Shown: positions 13,300 to 25,584 of the stretch, piece by piece | How positions within the stretch are numbered: the first letter of the stretch is position 1 | Layout of the letters: each line of letters starts with the position of its first letter | DNA from: Octopus vulgaris | Lineage: Eukaryota | Direction of reading: 5' to 3' | Length of the DNA: 64,000 nt | NCBI GenBank assembly: GCA_951406725.2 | Contig: OX597833.1 | Location: 47,864,001 to 47,928,000, forward strand | Translations under genes and position numbers: made by a program | Notes under the pieces: generated by a model | What the model was told of the DNA's origin: nothing | Seen by the model: only the letters and a program-made list of their open reading frames with translations | Databases searched by the model: none

Positions 13300-15484
13300 A
13301 AAATGTTAGCTGTATGGGTAGGATTTCCTTTCTTTGATCTGAAAATTGATAGTAACAGTCGTTGGTCTGTCTGAAGCTGAAAACTTTCTACCATGGAGAA
13401 ATCTGAAATTTCTTCACAGCAAAAATAATCGCTAGAGCTTCTTTCTCTATCTGACTGTACTTTTTTTGTGCTGCAATCAGAGCACATGCGGCATGAATCA
13501 TCAGCTTCATATTACTGTCTTTATATTTGTGTAGCAAAACTGCTCCTATTCTGTATTCAGAAGCATCAGAAGCTACAAACAATCTCTGCTGCAGGATTGA
13601 AATGAGCCAGCAACAAATCCAAAATTAATATTTTTTTAATATCTTGAAACGCCTTTTGACTGTTATTTGACCAATTCCATTAGGCGTCTTTCTTTAGCTA
13701 ATTATTAAGTGGAGTTCTCAATTCATACATGTTTGGTATGTAATTTTGATAATGGTTTGCTAGGCCAAGAAAAGCTTGTAATTTAATATTCACTTTGTTT
13801 ACTTTTGCATGTACAAATTTCCCCTTTTTGGTGTCACTTCTACTTTTTGTTGAGAAAACTTTAGAATTTTTTATGTTTGCCCTTCCTCACTTTGCTCTGC
13901 AATATGAGCTCTTGTGCTCTTTTTGGCAATTGTAACAATTTTTGGCATTTTGAAAGGACAATCCTTCCTGAAATGTAGGGCTCCACATCTGTAGCAAGGG
14001 TTTGATTTTTAACATTTTTTTGTTTATACCCTTCCGGTCGACACACTTGTACTTTTGAGAACTCCTCTTCAGTTTTCTTTACGTCCTGACGTAAGTTTAC
14101 CATTCTTTGACACTCCTCTGCAACTGTCTGCAGGGTTAAGCTTTGGTCCACTGGTTTGAGTTTTGTGAGAATTCTCGCATGTATCTCTGCATCTTTGTTT
14201 ACCATAAGCCCTTGTACAAAAATGAGGCACTTAAACATATTGGATTAGTTCCTTCAGTTTAAACCTTTCACACATTTGGTTTACAGTCCTGGCATATGTG
14301 ACAAAGTCTTCATCTTTTTTAACTGGATTCCAACACTCCCATCAAGTGTTAAATAGGGAACTTTTATCACTGAATATTTTTTGATAGTAGTTCGACTGTT
14401 TCCTGGAAACAAATTTCACTAGTTTTTTTGGGTCATATGAAATTACAATAATTTTCATGTTCAGCCTGCACTAATTTATGTAATAATAGTCTTATTTTTT
14501 CATTGTCCATCCACGACTTGCAATCTTCCCTGAAGATTTCTTTGTGCCTTCTAAAGTACGCTGCAAATGTTATACGCTCCTCTGGGTCATAACTGAATTC
14601 TGTTATAGAGTTCGATACACATTATAAGTTCGATACAATGAACTTATAATGTTTCTGGACATCCATATTAATTCTAGCAACTGCTGTTTGACTCTTGGGT
14701 ACAGTTGTTTTGACTCTTGAATACTGTTGTTTGACTCTTGAGTACTGTTGTTTGACTCTTGAATACTGTTGTTTGACTCTTGAATACTGTTGTTTGACTC
14801 TTGAGTACTGTTGTTTGACTCTTGAATACTGTTGTTTGACTCTTGAGTACTGTTGTTTGACTCTTGAGTACTGTTGTTTGACTCTTGAATACTGTTGTTT
14901 GACTCTTGAGTACTGTTGTTTGACTCTTGAATACTGTTGTTTTGACTCTTGAATACTGTTGTTCGACTCTTGAATACTGCTGATCGGCTCGGTTCTGCTG
15001 TTGCTATTGCACTGCAACTGATTGTGTTGTAGTTGTTGCTGTTGCAGTTGTTAGTGCAACTCCTGTGGCTGTTCTTGCTGTTGTTTTTGCTAATGGGTCT
15101 TCCATAATTAACAACTCTGTATCACAGAAATTTGCTAACTAACCTGCGTGAGCTTCGAATCCTCATTGCCAATATTATAACATAGTTACTCGTCGCCAAT
15201 TATTGTAGTATCACCACTATTTATGATGATACTTGTTTACACTATAACCATGTAGTAACAATAAAATATATAATGTAGCAGATAACAACAATGTAACAAT
15301 CCAACAAACTTTCCACAAACTATATACAAACCAACAAATGATATTCCGACAAATTACCAAACTACCTTACACCTTCCTGTAATTCATGCCTATTGTCTCT
15401 GTCTGTCTCTCTCAGACTGCTCCTGTTTATAGTTGTTTGGTCAAGTCTATTCTTGCAGGGAGTGTTGTGACTCTCGCCACAACA
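13300..15484 (-). mobile_element. decayed Ty3/gypsy LTR retrotransposon (Mag/K02A2.6-like): 5' LTR ~15484-15204, PBS, gag, internally deleted pol
   Basis: LTR TG...CA with TATAAA; PBS TGGCGACGAG at 15198-15189. Gag: SITEFSYDPEERITFAAYFRRH..IF and FKCLIFVQGL...DAEI. RT-RNaseH: LQAFLGLANHY, VASDASEY.IGAVLLH, YSQIEKEALAIIFAVKKF. Many stops and frameshifts. Confidence 0.9.
14685..14980. repeat. 21-bp tandem minisatellite (TGTTTGACTCTTGARTACTGT) x ~13-14 inside gag
   Basis: Directly visible; minus strand encodes (VKQQYSR)n. Confidence 0.95.
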
Positions 15485-16024
15485 CACACACACACCTGCA
15501 TAAATGTGCTTGGGGCAGGGTGTATATGTCATCGTTTAACTTTCCATTTTCCATGCTAGCATGGGTTGGACAGTTCAACTGGGGTCTGGGAAGCCAAGAG
15601 GCTGCACCAGGCACCAGTCTGATCTGGCAGTGTTTCTACAGCTGGATGCCGTTCATAACTCCAAGAGTGTAGTGGGTGCTTTTTACGTGCCACCGGCACA
15701 GGGGCAAGATGAGGCTGGCAAACAGACACGATCGGTTGGTGCTTTTACGTGTCACCGACATGGACACCAGTCAGGCGGCGCTGGCAACTGCCACGTTCGG
15801 ACGGTGCTTTTAACGTGTCAAGTCATATTGTGTATTTGTATAAATTTATGCTTATATTCTTACATCCCAGGTAATCCACACACTTGTTCATATCTGTTTA
15901 AAAGCTTCATGAGATTCCCCCATTAATGATTTTGTTTAAAACTTAGGTAAAGCAAACCTTGTATCAATCAATATCCTGTATATTGATCGACAGTGGGCTG
16001 GCTGACTCAGTAGATTATTGAAGA

Positions 16025-16394
16025 CTAGCACTATGACCTGGCAACGCCAGGTCATAGTGCTAGTGCATGCATATACAGCTGCATGCGTGCGTGCGCACAT
16101 ACACACGAGTACTGTCCAAATCTCAGACCAATCACATACAGCTAGCTGGCATTCAATTGGTGTATCAAATTTCGGGCATTTTGATTGGGTTTTGGATAGA
16201 AAATTCACAAAAAAGTTACTTCTATTGATTTTTTAATGGCTTTACGGGGTGACTGGGGAAATGTAAAGATGTGCACGACCACCCTTGGACGATTTTGAAT
16301 GACCATAGAAAGTGCGAGCCCTCTAACTGAAAAATTGTGGATTTGTATAAAGGACACACACACGCAGACATTTTGCCGTTTATATATAGAGAGA
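16025..16394 (-). mobile_element. non-autonomous Helitron-like element
   Basis: Minus strand starts TCTCTCTATATATAAACGGCA (same 5' end as 17647) and ends in a hairpin plus CTAG|T. Confidence 0.7.
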
Positions 16395-17401
16395 TGATTG
16401 TGCTGGATTTTCTAAGAATATTTTAAGAGAGCTAAGAAATGGGAATAATGAATAAAAGATTACAATGATGTTATTTATTTCTATCGTGTTATATGTTTTT
16501 ATAAGATAATATGTAGTTTAACATCTAATGTACTAGATAATATGTGTGTATACTTATGGTAATGCAACAGTTTTTATTACTATAAAAAATTTGTAATCCT
16601 TTGCAAAGTATTTTAATGTTTATATTGTTTTACAATTCTGCGATAAGTAATCACTGATGTGAATGTTTGTGAAAAAAAAAAAAAAAAAATTAGTCCATCC
16701 TGCATTGACACTGTTTAAGTTGACGATGATGAAATTATTAATGCTGATGACATTGTAATCAAGTTTGAAAATAACGAAATTGAGATTCACGATGACAAAT
16801 TTGAGATTGCTATTGATGAGGTTGAGAATGCTGAATCTGGGAGGGAAACCTTGTGTGTGTGTATTTATATGCATGTGTGTGTCTATATATATATGTATAT
16901 AAAATAAAATACAAAATGGGACAAGAACGCAAAACATCCGGACAACTAGGTGATACAAAAAGGGACAGCAAAACATCAAATAGACGATACAAAAAAACAT
17001 GGATGGGTCATTCGAAGCCTTTTATCTTCAGTCAAGAACCAGATCATCCTCGCAATTTCGGCTGATTAATCTTGAGATTGCTCCAATCTGGCCAGCCCCA
17101 GTATACATATATATATATAGATAGATGTTTTTATATACATGCATATATGTGTGTGTGAAGGTGCATGGCTTAGTGGTTAGGGTGTTAGAGTTATGATTGT
17201 CAGATTGTGGTTTCAGTTCCTGGACCAGGTGATGTATTGCATTCTTGAGCAAAATACTTCACTTCACATTGCTCCAGGTCACTCAGCTTGCAGAAGTGAG
17301 TAATCCTACAATGGACTGATATCTTCTCCAGGAGGAATGTATGTGCTACAGAAACCAGGAAACTGCCCTAATGAGTCTATATGTCTTGGGAAGAAATCTT
17401 G

Positions 17402-17438
<37 letters not shown>

Positions 17439-17608
17439 TGTGTGTGTGTGTAGATACATATGTACCCATGTGCCTATATATGTATGCATATGTATATAAA
17501 TATATATATATATATATATGTATATCCATGTGCATATATAGATATATATCCATATGCATATACTTTATATATATATATATATAATCATCATTTGTTTTCC
17601 ATACTGGC

Positions 17609-17646
<38 letters not shown>

Positions 17647-17647
<1 letters not shown>

Positions 17648-18015
17648 CTCTATATAAACGGCAGTTTGTCTGTGTGTGTTTCTGTGTGTCTGTCAGGTTG
17701 TACCCTCACCCTGACCACGGCTTTCAACCAATTCTGATGAAACTTGACACACACATAGCCCAATGTAATAATTCAAAACTAACGCAGCGAAAATTTTGAA
17801 AAGTTCCCCCAGTTCTGAAAAAGATCGATAAATTCGACATGGGGTCGACAATCAGAAACGCAAACCACAGATGGTCTAGGGGACGCAACTCGACCTTTTT
17901 AACTATCAAAAAAATTTACCATAATTTTTTTCCCTATTTTATGGCTATAACTCTCTAAAAATGCTTTATAGTTATTTCCCTTACAAACCCGAGCAACGCC
18001 GGGCGATACTGCTAG
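17647..18015 (+). mobile_element. non-autonomous Helitron
   Basis: A|TC start, 3' hairpin cccgagcaacgccggg then CTAG|T, inserted in (TA)n without TSD. Confidence 0.82.
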
Positions 18016-18499
18016 TATATATATATATATATATATATATACATACACACATTCAGCAGACATGTATACATATATGCACATATAAATACATGGAGCACAC
18101 ATCGGTCCATACATGTTCATGTACTTGTTTACTCACACACATACACACGCATGCTCCCATTCATACACATACACACATTCATCTAATCTTTATACTCACA
18201 TACATACACACACACACACACACACGCACACATGTGCGCTTGCACACATACACAGTTTAGCCAGGTCACTGTTATCTCCCTTGTCACTAAACCTTTCTTC
18301 CAGTCAGTTCAACATGTGAAACTGTTAACCTAGACATTTCTTTTTCTCTCTCTCTTTTCTTTCCTCATTCCTTTCTGTAGAAGAGTGTAGCCTGAAAACG
18401 TTAGACTTTGCCATTTTTCCTGAGCATCAAACTAATTACACCTTATTTGTTCTTCCCTCACCTGTCTTTGTTTTTTGATTTTTGTACAATTGTGAACCA

Positions 18500-19311
18500 A
18501 ATATATACACACACACATTTATTTATACACACACATATATATACACATATACATACATACACATTTATATACACACACATACTCATATATATACACACAC
18601 ACGTATATATATGGATGTATGTGTATGTATATATACATATGTGTGTATATATGTATATATATGTGTGTGTGTGCATATATATATATGTATGTATATATAT
18701 ATATACATATATATACATACACACATATATATATATATACATATATATACATATATATATACACACATATATGTATGCATATATATACATATATATATAC
18801 ACACATATATGTATATATATATATACTTATATATATACACACATATATATATACACATATGTGTGTGTGTGTATATATATATATATATGTATGTATGTAT
18901 ATGTATGTATGTATAAATGTATATGTATGTATGTATAAATATATATGTATGTATGTATATATATATATGTGTGTATGTATGTGTATATATATATGTGTGT
19001 ATGTATGTGTATATATATGTGTGTATGTATGTGTATATATATATATGTGTGTATGTGTATATATATATATGTGTGTATGTGTATATATATATATGTGTGT
19101 ATGTATATATATATATATGTGTGTATGTATATATATGTGTGTGTATGTATATATATATATGTGTGTGTATGTATATATATATATATGTGTGTGTATGTAT
19201 ATATATATATGTGTGTATGTATATATATATGTGTGTGTATGTATATATATATGTGTGTGTGTATGTATATATATATGTGTGTGTATGTATATATATATAT
19301 ATGTGTGTATG

Positions 19312-19346
<35 letters not shown>

Positions 19347-19355
19347 GTGTGTATG

Positions 19356-19390
<35 letters not shown>

Positions 19391-19441
19391 GTGTGTATGT
19401 ATATATGTATATATATGTATATATATATATATATGTGTGTG

Positions 19442-19521
<80 letters not shown>
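18500..19521. repeat. ~1 kb compound (TA)/(CA)/(TG)/(TATG) microsatellite
   Basis: Directly visible; source of the long YI/VC-rich ORFs. Confidence 0.97.
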
Positions 19522-19523
<2 letters not shown>

Positions 19524-19675
19524 AATGCCACTGATAGGACATTGGGAGACCCCAATGGATTTCTAGTCCATCGCCTTAACTATCTGGCCAAATAGCAGAG
19601 TGGTTAAGGCGATGGTCTGTTAATCCATTGGGCTCTCCCTGTATGAATTCGAATCTCATCCTCATCAACTAAATT
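19522..19675. pseudogene. head-to-head pair of tRNA-Ser relics: Ser(AGA) on minus, Ser(GCT)-type body with GTT anticodon on plus (copy 1)
   Basis: Minus: GTTAAGGCGATGGACTAGAAATCCATTGGGGTCTCCC. Plus: GAGTGGTTAAGGCGATGGTCTGTTAATCCATTGGGCTCT...TTCGAATCTCATCCTCATC. Both lack the 5' acceptor strand. Confidence 0.85.
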
Positions 19676-20817
19676 ATATATATAGGAAAATAAGGAATAA
19701 GTGAAATTTTACCGGTGAATGTGTTAAATTATAAGGCACAAAAAGAAAATAACTCTCCCCAAACACAACAGAATATGCTTCAACACACGAACTCACATAA
19801 AGAATCTTGCAAACCAAATCCAAAAATGAAATATATATACATATATATAGTTAATCCAAACACGAAAACACAAAGAGAAAACACAACAACGCGAGGATGT
19901 TGAACAAGTATAGTATTATTGGGCGCTCAGGAAAGAAGGAGAATTTAACGTTTCAAGCGGAGCTCTTCGACAGAAACATAGGAAAAGGAAAGATCCAAAG
20001 AAGGGAAGACGGAGGAAAAAAAAATCGCCAACGGTACACACACACATTCATATACATACATGTGTACACACACACAAAATATTAATAAGTGGTGATGAAT
20101 TCCACATGTTTTATTACATATCATTACAATTGTTTCAGCAAATCATTACCAGAAAATGCTGTGTTGTTCTCCAGGTGTGACTAAAAAGAGCTGTTGTGCC
20201 AGTACAGGCAACTTTTGAATGAGTGCTCTGTGAGCCATATGTAGCTTGTTTCCTTTGGCATGTAAACTTTTAGGAAACAAACTATAAATTTCAGGAATTT
20301 TCCTCAACACTGTTTTTGATTTGATTGCAATTATATTGCATTATAACACATGGGATCCTAGATGAGAGCCCTTGTGCTATTTTATAAGGTAATGAGCAGG
20401 TAGAATTATTAGCAGGTCGAGCAAAATGCTCAGTGGCATTTTGTCCATCTCTACCTTTTGAGTTCAAATTTTGCTGGGGTCGACTTTGCCTTTCATCTTT
20501 TCAGAGTTGATAATTAAGTACTAGTTGTGCACTGGGGTCAGTATGATAAACTTACCCCTTCTCCCCCAAATCAGGCTTCATGCCTGTAATACAAAGGATT
20601 ATGATTCTCAATGATATAAGACAATTTCTGCATACAGCTGTAACTTACCTTTATGTTGTAGCTGTTGAACAGCTGTTGGAATTTGTGGATATTCCAAAAA
20701 ATAGAGCTGATCGGAGACAGAAAACATTTTGCTATATTGGTTCTTGACTTTTAATACATGTCAGTTATTCCAAATAACACTTCTTTTTGCAGTACTTTTG
20801 AGGTGTTTGTTATTAAC

Positions 20818-21028
20818 TCTTTTACTCTCTTTTACTTGTTTCAGTCATTTGACTCTGGCCATGCTGGAGCACCACCTTTTAGTCGAGCAAATCGACCCCA
20901 GGACTTATTCTTTGTAAGCCTAGTACTTATTCTATAGGTCTCTTTTGCCGAACCACTAAGTTACGGGGACGTAAACACACCAGCATCTGTTGTCAAGCGA
21001 TGTTGGGGGGACAAACACAGACACACAA

Positions 21029-21060
<32 letters not shown>

Positions 21061-21230
21061 ATATATATGACGGGCTTCTTTCAGTTTCCGTCTACCAAAT
21101 CCACTCACAAGGCTTTGGTCGGCCCAAAGCTATAGTAGAAGACACTTACCCAAGGTGCCACGCAGTGGGACTGAACCCAGAACCATGTGGTTCGAAAGCA
21201 AGCTACTTACCACACAGCCACTCCTATGGC
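20818..21230 (-). mobile_element. SINE family A copy
   Basis: Reverse complement of consensus. Confidence 0.88.
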
Positions 21231-21488
21231 TATATTTGCTGTTAATGAATACTTAAATTTTTTTCTGCTTATTGTTGTCTGTTAGTACTCAGTGGATTCT
21301 TTGGACTACAATACACTTATCTTACTGATATTTTGGGTCCATGTTTTTTTAGTATTGTGTGAGTGGTTTGATGCTGTGTTGATGCAAAATGGGATGTTTG
21401 GTTTCAGTAATTTGAAACAAGCTTACTGTTACAAGGTTTGCTTGAACACTCATTCTCAAACTGCATCTGAACGTCATGATTTATTTCC

Positions 21489-21652
21489 TAAATGCCACTG
21501 ATAGGACTTGAAATTATGCGGGGAGACCCTAATGGATTTCTAGTCCATCGCCTTAACTATCCGGCTAAATAGCAGAGTGGTTAAGGCGAAGGTCTGTTAA
21601 TCCATTGGGCTCTTCCTGTATGAATTCAAATCTCATCCTCATCAACTAAATT
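21489..21652. pseudogene. head-to-head pair of tRNA-Ser relics (copy 2)
   Basis: Colinear with 19522-19675 and shares both boundaries (taaatgccactgatagg ... catcaactaaatt). Confidence 0.85.
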
Positions 21653-22853
21653 TTTTGCTGCACACGATATTCATAATCATAAGCTTATGATATATGCACT
21701 AGTTCATCTTAATGCCAACAAAGAACTTTCTGTTATTTTGAGCAAGGACATGTTCACAAATTATAACAAATTGTAACACTAGCATGTGAACATAATAATT
21801 CACAGGCTTTAACAGCATCAGAATTTTTTGTAATAATACCCTTCTTCTTAATTCAGTAAGTGTCTTTGCTAAAATGAAGAGATATCTTGGTATGCATATA
21901 ATCACATTGTAAGGTGTTTGTATTTTAGAAAATTGAATGGTTTTTAGAAGAAGATCCTGGCTTATAGAAGGATAAAAATCAACAAGAACACCACGTTATA
22001 TAAATCTATAATTATCTTTTCTTTGATGCCACTGAACCACATGGCATCTGCTACAGTGTTGTTCCTTGCTTACGTATAAGAACAAATACAAAGGATTAAA
22101 AAAAATTCTGTCACATCTCACTTGAATGTCTTATTTAAAAAAAAATTATTCTCACTTACCTTTATGCAAATGGGTATATCTCTTAAATAAGTGGATTGAT
22201 TCAGGAAAGCTGTTAAAGCTAATTTTAAAATACTAGGTTATTTTGATCCTTTTAAATGATGTAAAATGAAGCTATTTATCCATTTCTTGAAAAAAGTTTC
22301 CATGTCACCGATATCTTGGTGATGCAATGAATATATAAAGTTTCTCGGAATAAGTACACATCTTACATAAATCTAGATCATTTTGAAAATGTGTTATTTC
22401 TTCTGAATGAGTATAAAGATGCATATTCCCTCTCCTATTCTATTGTATTTCCAAGTTTAATAGATTTTTCTTTGCTTTTTCAAACAAAGATCATACTTTC
22501 TACACTTTCATTACAGCTGTTCCTATGTTGCCCTTCTTTTATAACTTTGTTAGGCCTATCAACTGGCTCTGCTTGACACAATGACAATAGTAGTCTAATA
22601 GAACTTATTGAGAAGCTAACAATGCATTTAAGAAGATGGAGGGAGTGAGTTGGAGGAAGGTTGCAACAGAAACAGGACAGGCAAAAGAAATATTTGAGTG
22701 GCTGATTTAACAACTGTATCCAAATGATAACAGTTCTCGGCTGCTTACAAACTAGATATTGTGTTTACACACTCCTGGCAATAATTATCTCTCTTTGGGG
22801 GCCCCACTCCGTAATAGTAGTAGCAACTGCTGGATCTTATATTAAATCAAAAC

Positions 22854-22934
22854 ATGTCTTCTTATGAAACAGACGAGGAGGAAACTTCCCTTGAAATCAG
22901 TCTCTCCGATCTAGTATTTCCAGAAGTACTCCAG
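22854..22934 (+). CDS. DIXDC1: Dixin/DIXDC1-like, candidate alternative first coding exon 1b (MSSYETDEEETSLEISLSDLVFPEVLQ)
   Basis: AAAAC-ATG context, 27 open codons, donor CAG|gtaaac in phase 0. Lies in a ~1.8 kb zone with no recognisable transposon. Confidence 0.55.
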
Positions 22935-23807
22935 GTAAACAATATTCTAAATAATAAAACCTGTGCCGATAAAATCTAATTTAAATCTGTTATTATTTTC
23001 TCTAAACTTTATCAATTTGCATTATTGTATTTAAAATTTAATACAGCTGTTTTATTTTTCATTCGGCTAGTGTCTAAACTGACCGGATCATTTAAAGTAA
23101 ACGAGAAAAGTTATTTAATTAGCTTTAATTTTGTCATCTTTTTCATTTTATGCTCCTGATCCTGAATAATTTTGTCATTCTCTTCTATATAAGATAAATT
23201 TGTTTTATTTATACTTCTACATTTCTTATGCAAGTGTCTGTCATGTGTGTATTTCTGTTGTGCAGTATATGCATCATTCTTAACGACCAATTTATTAGTT
23301 ATGTTTCTTATATTATGAAACCGGGTTTATTCTGTCATATCTAGGCTGGAATTGAATTTGTTTATTTCGAACAAGACAGCTTGACATCCTTGTTTATGTA
23401 TGGTTACATTGTAACTGGATACTTTTTGAAAACTAGAGCTCAGAAAAATTTACAAAGTCGGAAGGAAATATACAAATATATATGACAATATTTTTGACTA
23501 GTTAAATGGGTCCTCATATGTATGTACGCATTAATGTATGCATACATGTACATGTATGTGTGTGTGTATGTTTGTATGTATGCGTTTATATAAATATATA
23601 TATGTATGTTTATATAAGTGTGTGCTTATGTATGCATGTATGTTTATATATATATATATATATATGTGTGTGTATGTGCTTGTGTGTATGTATATACATA
23701 CATATATACTCGTACCAAATCAGACTGGAGTCTGATGCAGCCCCATAGCTTACCAGCCCTGTTCAACCCGCCCAACCCAATCTAGCATGACAACGGACAT
23801 TAAATGA

Positions 23808-24004
<197 letters not shown>

Positions 24005-24854
24005 TGTGTGTGTGTGTATAAGACAAGGAAAGTGGCTAGTTAGAAATCTCTCTTTATATATATATAGACACACACGTATATATATATACATGTATATGTG
24101 TGTGTGTATATGTATGTATATATATATATAATATACATGTGTGTGTATATATGTATATATATATACTCACACATACATACACATGAGTGTGTGTGCGTGC
24201 GTGCATAGTGGTCTAATGACAATAACATACACGATCATGAACATAACACATGTGGCCAGTGGAATTTAACAACGTCTTCTAGACTCTGAGTGGAATTTTA
24301 TTTTAGAATCTTGGCACCTAGTATCACATCACTAGAAACAAGCTGGCGAATGCCGCATCATCTCTTAACTCAACAATATACGACAGGTAATAGCCCTTGT
24401 TACACCTATTTCTTATCACTAGCTGGTGGTTTTAAAATGTTGATGTCGACGATGCTATTCACCCAAGAAAATATATCACTGTGCCCAGAAATACAATGAA
24501 ATACCAGCAGAATATTTGAATTTATAATCTCTATGTATGTAGTTCATTTCTTAAACTGCTTAGCCGACTCAGTTTTACTTGTGTGGCCGAATACTGGATA
24601 AATTTACATTATTGTTGATTGAAGTTTGTATACTTTTTCTTTGATAGCTTCATTCCTCTTCATTCTATTATTTTATTCCAGTGACATTATATGTGTATGT
24701 GTGTTATAAATTATATCAATATAATGTATTATATATATATATATATCACCGTGACCGACCAGGCTATCAGATGTTGCTACACATTGCTGGTCACAATGCG
24801 CTTCGCATTGTTTTAGCCTTCAAATGACGCCACCCCGCTGGCTAAGCGAGCAGG

Positions 24855-24894
<40 letters not shown>

Positions 24895-24906
24895 ATCATT
24901 TAATTG

Positions 24907-24948
24907 TTACAGTTGAAAAGGTCTCAATGACTGAAACCGGTACTGAAA
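24907..24948 (+). ncRNA. candidate minimal type I hammerhead ribozyme (U3-A8 variant), Penelope-like context
   Basis: cag-TTGAAAA-GGTC tcaat GACT-GAAA-CCGG-TA-ctg; palindromic helix III. Confidence 0.45.
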
Positions 24949-25105
24949 TGTTCTTTATAAAATTATTTTAGCATTTTCTATCCTGACTTGTTTTTTCATA
25001 CATATATATATATACATACATATACATATATATGTAATATATTTAATATATATGTATATATAATACATATAATATATATACATATAATATATATACATAT
25101 CTGTA

Positions 25106-25138
<33 letters not shown>

Positions 25139-25551
25139 TGCGGGAGTGGCTTTGTGGTAAAAAGCTTGCTTCCTAAACACATGGTTCCGGGTTCAGTCCC
25201 ACTGCATGGCACCTTGGACAAGCATCTTCTACTTTAGTCTCGGTCCGACCAAAGTCTTGTGAGCGGATTTGGTAGACGGAAACTGAAAGAAGCCCATCAT
25301 ATATATATATATTAATGTGTGTGTGTGTTTGCATGTCTGTGTTTCTCCCCCACCATCGCTTGACAACTGATGTTTATGTGTTTACAACCCCGTAACTTAG
25401 CAGTTCAGCAAAAGAGACTGATAGTACTAGGCTTACAAAGAATTAGTCCTGGGGTTGATTTGTTCGACTAAAGGAGGTGCTCCAGCAATAAAGAATAAAA
25501 GAATATATATATATATATATATATATGATCTGTCTACCCACACACACACAC

Positions 25552-25584
<33 letters not shown>

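Noticed and set aside
14685-14980. CRISPR-like array
   Set aside because: Units are contiguous with no unique spacers, there are no cas genes, and the context is a eukaryotic retrotransposon gag.
18408-19595. Long ORFs (up to 319 aa) rich in Y/I/H/T/V/C
   Set aside because: They are translations of TA/CA/TG microsatellites, which lack stop codons. The same applies at 23.8 kb, 27.2 kb and 31.6 kb.
19593-19667. Functional tRNA-Asn(GTT) or tRNA-Ser gene
   Set aside because: The 5' acceptor strand is missing and the T-arm is mismatched, so a full cloverleaf cannot form.
24290-24499. 69-aa ORF with internal CAG|gtaata donor
   Set aside because: The donor phase is incompatible with the downstream DIXDC1 exons and there is no homology.
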